A stretch of DNA of 64,000 nucleotides from Squalus acanthias (lineage: Eukaryota). The notes beneath the pieces are model-generated. The model was not told where the DNA came from. It saw nothing but the letters and a program-made list of their open reading frames with translations, and ran no database searches. Position 1 is the stretch's first letter, and each line of letters starts with the position of its first letter. Both the position numbers and the translations under genes were made by a program. The stretch covers positions 95,110,001 through 95,174,000 of the forward strand of contig CM059431.1 of the NCBI GenBank assembly GCA_030390025.1, in the 5' to 3' direction. Shown here in pieces: positions 15,191 to 27,702 of the stretch.

Positions 15191-15338
15191 CATAGAAACA
15201 TAGAAAAATAGGAGCAGGAGTAGGCCATTCAGCCCTTCGAGCCTGCTCCGTCATTCAATATGATCATGGCTGATCCTCTATCTCAATACCATATTCCCGC
15301 TCTCTCCCCATACCCCTTGATGCCTTTTGTGTCTAGAA
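15191..15338 (-). mobile_element. CR1 3' terminal fragment with (TTCTATGT)n tail
   Basis: catagaaacatagaa...ggagcaggagtaggccattc, same 3' end as copies at ~26100-26190 and ~58766. Confidence 0.9.
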
Positions 15339-16195
15339 TGTATCAGACTAAATCCAGTATGTATCAGACTTCTTCTGTTACTATCACTGTTACTGTCATT
15401 GTTTACTACATTTCCAAGTTTTGTGTCATCTTTGAAATTATGCCCCCTGTACCCAAGTCGAGGTCATTAATATATATCAAAAGAGCAGTGATCCTAATAC
15501 CGACCCCTGGGGGACACCACTGTATACTTCTCTCCAATCTGAAAAACACTGCTCACCACTGCTCTCTGCTTTCTGGCTCTTACCCAATTTTGTATTCATC
15601 ACTGCCCCTTTAATCTCATGGGCTTCATTTTGCTAACAAGTCAATTATGTGGCACCTTATCAAACACATTTTGAAAGTCCATATACACAACATCCTACCT
15701 TCATTATTTCATCGAAGAATTCAATCAAGTTTTTCCAGCCAAGATTTGCCTTTAACAAATCTGTGTTATCTGTCATTTATCAACCCATGTTTTTCAAATA
15801 ACAATTAATTTTGTTCCAGGTTATGGTCTCTAGAAGTTTTTTTTATCACTGACACTAGGCTGACTAGCTTATAGTTACCGAGTTTATCCCTCTCCCCTTT
15901 TTTGAACATGGATATAACATTTACAACCCTCCAGTCCTCTGGCACCACTCCCACATCAGGAGAACTGAAAGATTATGGCTAGAGCCTCCGCTATTTCCAC
16001 CCTTACTGCCCTCAGCAACCTAGGATGCATCCCATCCAGACAGAGTCACTTTTCTACTTTGAATGCTGCCAACATTTTAATACCTCCTCTTTATCTATTT
16101 TTATCCTATCCAATCTCTCTATCCCTTCCTCCTTTACTGTGACATTGGCAGCATTCTCCTCTTTTGTGAAGGCAGATACAAAGTATTCATTTATT

Positions 16196-16957
16196 GGCCC
16201 TGAAATTCGCCTCTCCGGCTTGCCGCGGGGGTAAGGATCGCGCGCGCACTTACCTACCGCGCCTGCCGTTGTGTTTTGGGCCCACGGGAACTTCAGCTCC
16301 TGGGCCTGCTCCAAGTGCCGGCGCGCAGTGCTTGCGTGTCCTAGGGGCGCAGTTAGTGCGATGCGTCCCCTGGGATCACGTGGGCCATGGAGAGCCAATG
16401 GCAGCAGACCATCTTTCATTCATAGATTTGACAGGAAGACCTGTCAAATCTGTGAATTGAAATCGGCTCCAAAAGAACAGCTAAACTTAAAATAAATTTA
16501 AAAAAACCATCACATTTATAAAATAACTATAGTTAAATAAATTAACCACTTTAAACAAAAATTTAAATTTTTGAAAAAATTTAAATACTTTTTAAAAGTG
16601 ATAAAAATAAACTTACCTTTCTTTAAAGTATCTAAAAAAGATAAACCTGTTGAAAATTTTTTAAATTATACTTAATTAACCACTTACCTTGTTGAAAACG
16701 GCTCCTGCGCCTCCTTTTTAAAAGCGTAGGTTCTTCAATACTTACCCTCCTGTAGAAACCTGAAAAAAAATCTAAGTTTGCTGCGTGCGCGCAGCCTCTA
16801 CCGCGCACGCGGTTCACCTAGGAACCGCCCCCTTCACCAGACCGGAAGTTCCGGTTTCCCGCGCATGTGCAGTGCATGCAGGAAACCGGCACTTCGGGAC
16901 GCATCACGGGTGAGTACGCACTGTGTACTCACCCGGGAAGGGCCGAATATTTGGCCC
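16196..16957. mobile_element. PIF/Harbinger-type MITE (family A, 762 bp)
   Basis: Imperfect TIR GGCCCTGAAATTCG / rc GGGCCAAATATTCG; 3-bp flanks ATT/AAT; splits a CR1 cleanly; colinear with 60656-61398. Confidence 0.85.
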
Positions 16958-17249
16958 AATATCTCAGACATGCCCTCAGCCTCCACAAGCTCCAAACTTG
17001 GATATTGGTTTGACAATGCTCCATGCTGACGCCATCCTGTCTACATGTAAACTTCATCCCACCACGAGACCTCTGACTTTAACTTTGAACTCTCTCATAT
17101 CAATTTCTCTCTATCCTCTGTTCACAATGAAGACAATTCTATCCGAATCTTTGTCACGCCTATGTAACCTAAACTTTCTCTTTGACCATTTTGTGCATTT
17201 TGGCTGCTGTTCTAGACCTGAGCCCATTACTTCTATCTTCCTTTTTTTC

Positions 17250-17860
17250 CTTCTTCTCTTGACCCCTCTTATGCCCCTCTCTCCTCTCCTTTCCTGTCAG
17301 CTAGTCATGCCACCTTTCATTTCTCCCCTCTCAGGTACTTTGCCTTGCCTAATGTCTACCCCAACCCATCACTACTGCTCTGCCTTCCTACTCTTGCTAC
17401 TTTCCCAGGCTCAAATCCTTCTTGGATAAGCCTACAGCTACCTTCTATGCCTCTGCTGACATTCTCCAAAGGGTTTCATCTTGATCTGTCCCTCTACTCT
17501 ACCAAAATCTTCTCAACCTTGTTCCACTCCTTCCTCCTCTCTTTTAAAATTGTCATACTCTACTGTACCCCAAGCACCACTCCAAATCTCTCACTAAGAT
17601 ATCCTTGCTCCATTCCTCCCTCAGTCTCTGCACTAAACGATTCCTCATCCTTGGTGATTTGAATCTCCATCTCAACTCACATTGCCCTCTCTCCTCTGAT
17701 TTCATGGCTCTCCTGACCTCTGTTAACCTCACCCTCCATATAAACTTTCCTAACCATATTCATGTCACCTCATCGACCCTTGCCTCTTTACTCCCATTGT
17801 CTCAATCACAGAAAAGGCCATCTCTGATCAATCCAATATACACCAAATCAATCATATCTT
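17250..17860 (+). mobile_element. Decayed L2-like LINE AP-endonuclease fragment
   Basis: Frameshifted peptides SFKIVILYCTP and FLILGDLNLHLN...LLTSVNLTLHINFPNHIH resemble the YRPP, GDFN and PTH endonuclease motifs; pyrimidine-rich sense strand. Confidence 0.65.
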
Positions 17861-17867
17861 ACAGTCG

Positions 17868-20668
17868 CAAAAACACCCATCAACCATTACCCTTTGCTTC
17901 CTGCCACTGAGCCAATTTTGGATTCAACTTGCCACTTTCCCTTGGATCCCATGGGCTTTTACTTTTCTGACCAGTCTGCCATGTGGAACCTTATCAAAAG
18001 CCTTGTTAAAATCTATGTAGACTACATCAAATGCGCTACCCTCATCGACCCTCCTTGTTAATTTCTCAAAAAAATCAATCAAGTTAGTCAGACACGACCT
18101 TCCCTTAACAAATCCACGCTGACTGTCCTCGATTAATCCGTGCCTTTCTAAAAGACAATTAATAGTGTCCCTCAGAATTTTTTCTAATAATTTGCCCACC
18201 ACCGACCGAGGTTAGGTTGACTGACCTGTAATTCCTCGGTCTAATCCTTACTCCCTTTTTAAACAACGGTACAATGTTAGCAGTCCTCCAGTCCTCCGTC
18301 ACCACACCTGTAGCCAGTGAGGATTGGAAAATGATGGTCAGAGCCTCCGCTATTTCCTCCCTTGTTTCACTTAATAGCCTGGGATACATATCATCTGGGC
18401 CTGGCGATTTATCTACTTTCAAAGATGCTAAACCTCTTAATACTTCCTCGCTCACTATGTTTATCTCATCTAATATTTCATACTCCTCCTGAACTACAAT
18501 GTCTGCATCGCCCCTCTCTTCTGTGAAGACAGATGCAAAGTATTCATTAAAAACCATAAACACTTCTGCCTCCACACATAGGTTACCTTTTTCTAATAGG
18601 CTCTACTCTTTCTTTAGTTATCCTCTTGCTCTTTATGTATTTACAAACATCTTTAGCTTTTCCTTGATTTTACTCATCAATATTTTTTCATGCCCTCTCT
18701 TTGCTTTCCTAATTTCCTTTTTAATTTCACCCCTGCACTTTCTATACTCCTCTAGGCTTTCTGCAGTATTTAACACTGACATAAGCTTCCCTTTTCTTTC
18801 TTATCCTACCCTGTAGGCCGCTTGACATCCTCCAGATTTGGGAGTCTCATATTTTTCTGTGGGAAGATATTTGCGCCCGCTGCTCTGACACTGATTTACC
18901 TTCAACTAGCTGTTTCCACTCCACTTTTGCTAAATCACATCTCAGCTTAATAAAATTGGCCTTTCCCCAATTGAGAACTTTTACTCCTGGTCTATCTTTG
19001 TCCTTTTCCATAACTCCGTTAAATCTAACTGAATTATAATCACTACCACAATACTTCTCTCCCACTGATACACCTTCCACCTGCCCAGCTTCATTCCCTA
19101 AAACTATGTCCAGAACCGTCCCCTCTCTTGTTGGGCTTGCTACGTATTGGCTAAAAAGGTTCTCCTGAATGCATTTTAAGAATTCTGCACCCTCTATACC
19201 TTTTACACTGATTCTCTCCCAGTTAAAATTAGGGTAGTTGAAATCCCCTACAACTACTGCCCTATTGTTTTTGCACTTTTCAGAAATTTGCCTACATATT
19301 TGCTCTTCTCTCTCCCTCTGATGATTTGGGGGTCTATAGTGCACTCCCAGCAGTGTGATTGCACCATTTTTGTTCTTCAGTTCAACCCATATGAACTCAT
19401 TTGATGATCCTTCTAACATATCCCTCCTCACAGCTGTAATTGTTTCTTTAACCAATAATTCAACCCCCCTCCTTTTTTATCCCCCTCTCTATCTCGTCTG
19501 AAAACCCTGTAACTAGGATTATTGAGCTGCCATTCCTGCCCTTCTTTCAGCCATGTTTCAGTAATAGCTATGATATCAGACATCCATGTGTCTATCTGTC
19601 CCCTCAGCTCATCTGCCTTATTTACTAGACTCCTTGCGTTGAAGTATATACCATTAAGCACTGGCAAACCCCTTTGTTGTCTATTTTCTAGCCTTTGTTT
19701 CCTCTGCCTTCCAAACTCACTTACTAATTTACTGCCTTCCATTTCCAGCTTTGCTTCTCTCCCTTCTGAATCTACGCTCAGGTTCCCATCTCCTTGCCAA
19801 GCTAGTTTAAACCCTCTCCAGCAGCACTCGCAAACCTCCCCGCGAGGATATTGGTCCCAGCTCTGTTGAGGTGCAACCTGTCTGGCTTGTACAGGTCCCA
19901 CCTCCCCCAGAACCGGTCCCAATGCCTCAGGAATCTAAAGACCTCCCTCCTACTCTATCTCTCCAGCCACGCATTCATCTGTTCTGTCCTCCTATTTCTG
20001 TACTCACTAGCATGTGGCACCGGGAGTAATCTGGAGATTACTACCTTTGAGATCCTGCTAATTAATCTTTTTCCTAGCTCCCTAAAGTCTGCCTGCAGGA
20101 TCTCATCTCTCTTTCTACCTATGTCATTGGTTTTGATATGGACCATGACCTCTGGCTGTTCACCCTCCCACTCAGAATGTCCTGCAGCCACTCAGTGACA
20201 TCCTTGACCCTGGCACCAGGGAGGCAACATACCATCCTGGAGTCACGTCTGCGGCCGCAGAAATGCCTGTCTGCTTCCCTAACTATTGAATCCCCTACCA
20301 CTATTGCTTTTCTGACATTCCTCCTAACCACTGCACAGCTGAGCCACCCGTGGTGCCGTGGCCTTGGCTGTAGCTGTACTCCCCTGAGGAACCATCACCC
20401 TCACCAGTACTCAGAACAGAATACTGGTTGGAGAGCACGATGCCCTCCGGCGACTCCTGCACTACCTGCCTGGTCCTCCTGGTCTGTTTGGCGGTCATTC
20501 ATTTCCTCTCTGCCTGCACACTCTTAATCTGCGGGGTGACCACCTCCTGAAACGTGCTATCCATATAGCTCTCAGCCTCACTGATGCACCACAGTGACGC
20601 CAGCTGCTGCTCAAGTTCCAAAACCCAGAGCTCGAGCTCCTCCAGCTGTTGACAATTCCTGCACATGT
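17868..20668 (-). mobile_element. CR1 LINE 5' half: ORF1 (Zn-finger/leucine zipper + SGNH esterase) and ORF2 endonuclease and RT N-terminus, disrupted
   Basis: HMCRNCQQLEELELWVLELEQQL, VVGDSIVR, VHIKTND; YFNARSL, ITETWL, HYRPP, VGDFNYP, KSPGPD, FNKAFDKVPH across frameshifted ORFs. Confidence 0.95.
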
Positions 20669-21019
20669 GATGATCAATAAATTCTGCCTTGCCTGTGTCA
20701 ATGCTTCGTACACTGCCTGCAGGACAGATGGAAAACAAGATGGTATACTTGATATATGGCAATGAAACAGCACCCAACATGATGGGCCAAGAGTGCAATG
20801 CACAAAATGTTGCTGGTTTAACATGTACTCCCTACCAATGTCATTTCCTCACACAACCTTACAGTTTGCTCTTTGTATCTCATGCCTTAGGAGCACGTAC
20901 CTTCAAGTTTCAAAATGCAATTGAAAACCTTCCTGTAGTCAAATCTTCCAAGGCCACAGCACCGCAAGTCATTACCAAACAACCTAGCTGCATGATGCAC
21001 AATCACTTGCTGACACTTA

Positions 21020-21155
21020 CGTTTGATAAAGTACCACATAATAGACTTGTTAGCAAAACTGAAGCCCATGGGATTAAAGGGGCAGTGGCAGTGTGGATCC
21101 GAAATTGGCTAAGGGACAGAAAGCAGAGAGTAGTGGTGAACGGTTGTTTTTCAGA
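21020..21155 (+). mobile_element. Short CR1 RT fragment
   Basis: FDKVPHNRLVSKTEAHGIKGAVAVWIRNWLRDRKQRVVVNGCFS. Confidence 0.85.
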
Positions 21156-21329
21156 AATTGTAATCAGCAAGCAGCACAAATATTCCATTCTGCCTGAGTC
21201 AATACTAACAGGCACTTTCCTGCTCTCTGCGCAGCCATTTCCAGGCGTATTAGAAATGTAGCAGTGGTGGCGTCATGAAATCGAGTATCCTGCACAAACC
21301 ATCACATTCTATTTAAAGCAGCTGGAGAA

Positions 21330-21640
21330 GTAGCAGAAACAATGGTTAAAATGTACAGAAGGACTCAGGAAGTTGGGCAGAGAGACAGAGGGGGTGATTT
21401 CATCTCCCAGCAGGAAACTAGCAGCTGCACTACATATGAATGCAATCAGTAATACATTACATGATTTCAGCAGGAGTCTGAAGGGAAATCTCCTCTTCAC
21501 TTATTTCATACTCACTGCAGAGCCCTGCAGGATCTTACCTTGGCCCCACTTGCGATAGCTCTCCATAATTCAGAAAGAAAGACTTCACTGCAACTCCTTT
21601 CTGATTAAACTCACACCCATAGAAGCTGCTACTATCCTCC
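21330..21640 (+). pseudogene. Possible very old Harbinger Myb/SANT-like gene remnant
   Basis: Weak: HDFSRSLK, IALHNSERK and LTPIEAATI resemble FHDLRRVVK (~34490) and MAHHRRE...LTPIEEAAI (31316-31410). Confidence 0.35.
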
Positions 21641-21865
21641 CAACTTTGCCACATTTGCCACATTTGCCATTTCTTCCTGTCATAGAATCATAGAATCATA
21701 GAAAGTTACAGCACGGAAGGAAGCCATTTTGGCCCATCGTGTCCGCGCCGGCCAACAAAGAGCTATCCAGCCTAATCCCACTTCCCAGCTCTTGGTCCAT
21801 AGCCCTGCAGGTTACAGCATCCCAAGTGCACATCCAAGTACTTTTTAAATGTGGTTAGGGTTCCT

Positions 21866-24800
21866 ATAGGTAAAAAACGGGAAGAGGTCCTAAAAGCTGA
21901 ATATAGGGAGTTAGAAGGTAAATTTAAAAATAGGAACTCAAAGGTAGTAATCTCAGGATTGCTACCAGTGCCACATACTAGTCAGCGTAGAAATAGAAGG
22001 ATATTTAAGATGAATACGTGGCTAGAAGAATGGTGCAAGGGGGAGGGATTCAAATTCCTGGGACATTGGAACCGGTTCTGGGGGAGGTGGGACCAGTACA
22101 AACTGGACGGTTTGCACCTGGGCAGGACCGGGACCGATGTCCGAGGGGAAGTGTTTGCTAGTGCTGCTGGAGAGGGTTTAAACTAAAATGGCAGGGGGTT
22201 GGGAACCTGTGCAGGGAGACACAGGAAAGGGTAGCAAGGATAGAAACACAAGACAGGAAGGAGAAAAGCAAAAGTGGAAGGCAGAGAAATCAAGGGTGTA
22301 AATCAAACATGGCCACAGTAAACAATAATTCTAAATGATCTAAGAGTGTTAAAAAAACAAGCCTGAAGGCTCTGTGTCTTAATGCGAGGAGCATTCGTAA
22401 TAAGGTGGATGAATTAGCTGCGCAAATAGATGTAAACAGATATGATATAATTGGGATTATGGAGACATGACTCCAGGGTGACCAAGGCTGGGAATTCAAC
22501 ATCCAGGGGTATTCAATATTCAGGAAGAACAGCTAAAAGGAAAAAGAGGTGGGGTAGCATTGCTGATTAAAGAGGAGATTAACACAATAGTAAGGAAGGA
22601 TATTAGCTCTGATGATGTGGAATCTGTATGGGTATAGCTGAGAAATACCAAGGGGCAGAAAACGTTAGTGGGAGTTGTATACAGACCCCCAAACAGTAAT
22701 GCTGAGGTTGGGGATGGCATTAAATGGGAAATTAGAGATGCGTGCAATAAGGGCACAGCAGTTATCATGGGTGACTTTAATCTACATATAGATTGGGCTA
22801 ACCAAATTAGTAACAATACTGTGGAGGAGGAAGTCCTAGAGTGTATACGGGATGGTTTCCTGGTCCAATATGTCAAGGAACCAACTGGAGATCAGGCCAT
22901 CTTAGACTGGGTATTATACATAGATACATAGATACATAGAAGATAGGAGCAGGAGTAGGCCATCCGGCCCTTCGAGCCTGCTCCGCCATTTAATGAGATC
23001 ATGGCTGATCCTCCAATTCAGTATCCCGTCCCCGCCTTCTCTCCGTAACCCTTAACCCCTTTTGCCTGTAGAAATATATCTAATTCCCTCTTAAATATAT
23101 TTAATGAGCTGGCGTACACTGCCCTCTGTGGCAATGAGTTCCACAGGTTCACCACCCTCTGAGTGAAGAAATTCCCCCTCATTTCTGTCCTAAATGGTTT
23201 AGCCCTTATCCTTAAATTATGTCCTCTAGTTCTGTTCTCACCCGCCAAGGGAAACATTCCTTCTGCATCTAGTCTGTCTAGACCTGTCAGAATTTTATAC
23301 ACTTCCATGAGGTCCCCTCTCAATCTTCTAAACTCCAGTGTGTACATCCCTAAACTACATAGTCTCTCCTCATAGGTCAATCCCGCCATTCCTGGTATCA
23401 GCCTGGTGAATCGCCGCTGCACCCCCTCCATGGCAAGAACATCTTTCCTCAGATGAGGCGACCAAAACTGTACACAGTACTCGAGGTGTGGTCTCACCAG
23501 TGCCCTGTACAGCTGCAGCAAGGTATCCCTGTTCCTGTATTCCAACCCTTTTGCTATGAAGGCCAGCATACCGTTTGCCTTCTTGACCGCCTGTTGCACC
23601 TGCATGCTCGCCTTCAGTGACTGGTGTACAAGAACACCCAGGTCTCTCTGTACTTCCCCCTCTCCCAATTTATTGCCATTTAAATAATAATTTGCCCTCC
23701 CGTTCCTGCACCCAAGGTGGATAACTTCGCACTTGTCCACATTATAGTGCATCTGCCATTTATCCGCCCAATCACCCAGTCTGTCCAAATCGCTCTGGAG
23801 CTTCCTGGTCTCCTCCTCTGAGCCCACCCCCCCTCCTAGCTTAGTGTCGTCTGCAAATGTAATGAGAAAGGATTAATTAGCAATCTTGTTGTGCGAGGCC
23901 CCTTGGGTCAGAGTGATCATAATATGATAGAATTCTTCATTAAGATGGAGAGTGAAGTAGTTGACTCAGAGACTAGGGTCCTGAATTTAAATAAAGGAAA
24001 CTACGATGGTATGAGGCGCGAGTTGACTAGGATGGATTGGGGAATGTTACTTAAAGGGTTGATGGTGGATAGGCAATGGCAAACATTTAAAGATCGTATG
24101 GATAAACTACAGAATTTGTTCATCCCTGTTTGGCATAAAAATAAAACAAAAATGGTGACTCAACCGTGGCTAACAAGGGAAATTAGGGATAGCATAAGAT
24201 CCAAGGAGAGGACATATAAATTGGCCAGAAAAAGCAGCAAACCTGAGGATTGGGTGCAGTTTAGGATTCAGCAAAGGAGGACAAAGGGATTAATTAAGAG
24301 GGGGAAAATAGAGTATGAGAGTAAGCTTTCAGGGAACATAAAAACTGACTGTAAAAGCTTCTATAGATATGTGAAGAGAAAAAGATTGGTGAAGTCAAGC
24401 GTAGGATTCTTGCAGTCAAAATCAGGGGAATTTAAATTGGGGAACAAAGAAATGGGAGACCAATTAAATACATACTTTGGTTCTGTCTTCACAAAGCAGG
24501 GCACAAATAACCTCCCAGAGATGTCGGGGAACATAGGGTCTAATGAGAGGGAGCAACTGAATGAAATCAGTATTTGTTTGGAAATGGTGTTGGAGAAATT
24601 GACGGGATTGAAGGCCGATAAATCCCCAGGGCCTGATAATCTACATCCTAGGGTACTTAAGGAAGTGGCCCTAGAAATAGTAGATGCATTGCTGGTCATC
24701 TTCCAAAATTCCATAGATTCTGGAACAGTTCCCATGGATTGGAGGGTAGCTAATGTAACCCCACTATTTAAAAAAGGTGGTAGAGAGAAAACAGGGAATT

Positions 24801-26192
24801 ATAGACCGGTAAGCCTGACATCGGTAGTGGGAAAAATGCTAGAGTCCATTATAAAAGATGTATAAGCAGAGCACTTGGAAAACAGTGACAGCATCGGACA
24901 AAGTCAACATGGATTAACAAAAGGTAAATCATGCTTGACTAATCTACTGGAATTTTTTGAGGATGCAACTGGTAGAATAGATAAGGGAGAAACAGTGGAT
25001 GTGGTGTATTTGGACTTTCAGAAGGCTTTCGATAAGGTCCCGCATAACAGATTGGCGAGCAAAGTTAAAGCATATGGGATTGGAGGTAAGGTACTGACTT
25101 GGATAGAAAACTGGTTGGCAGACAGGAAGCAAAGAGTTGGAATAAATGGGTCTTTTTCCGAGTGGCAGGCAGTGACTAGTGGGATACCGCTAGGACCCCA
25201 GTTATTCACAATATATATTAATGATCTAGACGAGGGAACTAGATGTAATATCTCCAAGTTTGCAGATGACACAAAGCTGGGTGGGTGTGTGTGCTGTGAG
25301 GAGGAAGCAGAGAAACTGTAGTATGATTTGGACAGGTTGGATGATTGGGCAGATGCATGGCAGATGCAGTATAATGTGGATAAATGCGAGGTTATCCACT
25401 TTGGTGGCAAAAACAGGAAGACAGATTATTATCTGAACGGCAATATATTGGGAAAAGGGGAAGTGCAATGAGACCTGGGTGTCCTTGTGCACCAGTTGCT
25501 GAAGGTAAGTATACAGGTGCAGTAGGCGGTTAAGAAGGCAAATGGTATGTTGGCCTTCATAGCGAGAGGATTTGAGTACAGGAGCAAGGATGTCTTGCTG
25601 CAGTTGTACAAGGCCTTGGTGAGACCACACCTTGAGTATTGTGTGCAGTTTTGGTCGCCTTATCTGAGGAAGGATGTTCTTGCCATGGAGGGAGTGCAAC
25701 GAAGATTCACCAGACTGATACCTGGGATGGCAGGAATGACGTATGAAGAGAGTTTGCGTCGATTGGGCTTGTATTCGCTAGAGTTTAGAAGAATGAGAGG
25801 GGATCTCATTGAAACTTATAAAATTCTAACAGGACCAGACAGACTAGATGCAGGAAGGATGTTCCCGATGGTGGGGGAATCCAGAACCAGGGGTCACAAT
25901 CTAAGGATAAGGAGTAAGCCATTTAGGACTGAGATGAGGAGGAATTTCTTCACCCAGAGAGTGGTGAACCTGTGGAATTCTCAACCACAAAAGGCAGTAG
26001 AGGCCAATTCATTAAATATATTCAAGAAGGAGTTAGATATATTTCTTAAGGCTAAGGGAATCAAGGGATATGGGGAGAAAGCAGGGACAGGGTACTGAAT
26101 TTGGAAGATCAGCCATGATCGCATTGAATGGTGGAGCAGGCTCGAGGGGCCGAATGGCCTACTCCTGCTCCTATCTTCTATGTTTCTATGTT
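21866..26192 (+). mobile_element. CR1 LINE copy B (ORF1 C-terminus, full but disrupted ORF2, 3' tail), nested in copy A
   Basis: DGLHL esterase motif, LNARSI, YRPP, GDFN, KSPGPD, FQKAFDKVPH, FADDTK; TTCTATGT tail; flanks GTTCCT/GTTTCT. Confidence 0.95.
22917..23857 (-). mobile_element. 5'-truncated CR1 copy C nested in copy B
   Basis: Starts at FADDTK, open frame 23018-23827, (CATAGATA)n tail; host frame LDWVL|CNEKGLI rejoins on removal. Confidence 0.95.
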
Positions 26193-27702
26193 TCTGCCTC
26201 TTCCACCCTTTCAGGCAGTGAGTTCCAGACACCCACAAGTGAAGAACTTTCCCCTCAAATCCCCTCTAAACCTTCCACCAATTACTTTAAATCTGTGCCC
26301 CCTGGTTTTTGACCCCTCTGCTACGGGAAACAGGCCCTTTCTATCCACTTTATCTATGCCCCTCATAATTTTATATACCTCAATAAGGCCTCCCCTCAGC
26401 CTCCTCTGTTCCAAGGAAAACAGACCCAGCCTATCCAGTCTTTCCTTATAGCTAAGATTCTCTACTCTCGGCAACATCCTTGTAAATCTCCTCTGTACCC
26501 TCTCTAGTGCAATCACATCTTTCCTGTAATGTGGTGACCAGAACTGCACGCAGTACTCTAGCTGAGGCCTAACTAGTGTTTTATACAGTTGAAGCATAAG
26601 CCCCCTGCACTTGTATTCTATGCCACGGCTAATAAAGCAAGCATTCCGTATGCCTTCTTAACCACCTTATCTACCTGGTCTGCTACCTTCAGGGATCTAT
26701 GGACATGCACTCCAAGGTCCCTTTGTTCCTCTACACTACTCAGTGTCCTACCATTTAATGTGTATTCCCTTTCCCTGTTAGCCCTCCCCAAATGCATTAC
26801 CTCACACTTCTCCGGATTGAATTCCATTTGCCACTGCTCTGCCCACCTGACCAATTTATTGATATCTTCCTGCAGTCTATGCTTCCTTCTTCAGTATCAA
26901 CCACCAGCTGATTTTAGTATCATCTGCAAACTTCTTAATCATACCCCCTATATTTAAGTCTAGATCATTGATATATACCACAAAAAGCAAGGGACCTAGT
27001 ACTGAGCCCTGCGGAACCCAACTGGAAACAGCCTTTCATCACAAAAGTACCCATCAACCATTACCCTCTGCTTCCTGTCTCCGAGCCAGTTTTGAATCCA
27101 ACTTGACACTTTGACCAGTCTGCCATGTGGAACCTTATCAAAAGCCTTGCTAAAGTCCATATAAACTACATCAAACACACTACCCTCATCTACCCTTCTT
27201 ACCTCCTCAAAAAATTCAATCAAGTTTGTCAAACATGACCTTCCCTTAACAAATCCGTGCTGACTATCCTTGATTAATCCGTGTCTTTCTGAATTAAGAT
27301 TTATCCTGTCCTGCAGAATTCTTTGCAATAATTTTCCCACCACTGAGGTTACGCTGACTGGCCTGTAATTACTTGGTCTATCCTTTTCTCCCTTTTTAAA
27401 CAAGGGTACCACATTAGCAGTCCTCCAGTCCTCCGTCACCACACCTGAAGCCAGTGAGGATTGAAAAATGATTGTCAGGGCCTCTGCTATTTCCTCTTTT
27501 GCTTCGCTTAACAGCCTGGGATACATTTCATCTGGGCCTGGGAATTTATCCACTTTTAAAGCTGCTAAACCCCTTAATACTTCCTCTCTATGTTTATTTC
27601 ATCTAATATTTCACACTCCTCCCCCCTGATAGCAATGTCTGCTTCACCCCTCTCCTTTGTGAAAACAGACGCAAAGTATTCATTAAGAACCCTACCAACG
27701 TC

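Larger units (their letters stand above)
14955..16990 (-). mobile_element. Decayed CR1 LINE ORF2 (RT) fragment, interrupted by a CR1 3' end and a MITE
   Basis: Minus strand reads NEYFVSAFTKEE; the sequence left of 16196 and right of 16957 rejoins to match the uninterrupted CR1 at ~42785-42825. Confidence 0.85.

Noticed and set aside
20689..21261. 190-aa ORF as a host gene
   Set aside because: Chimeric: unassigned sequence read into a CR1 RT fragment; non-ATG start; no supportable splice structure
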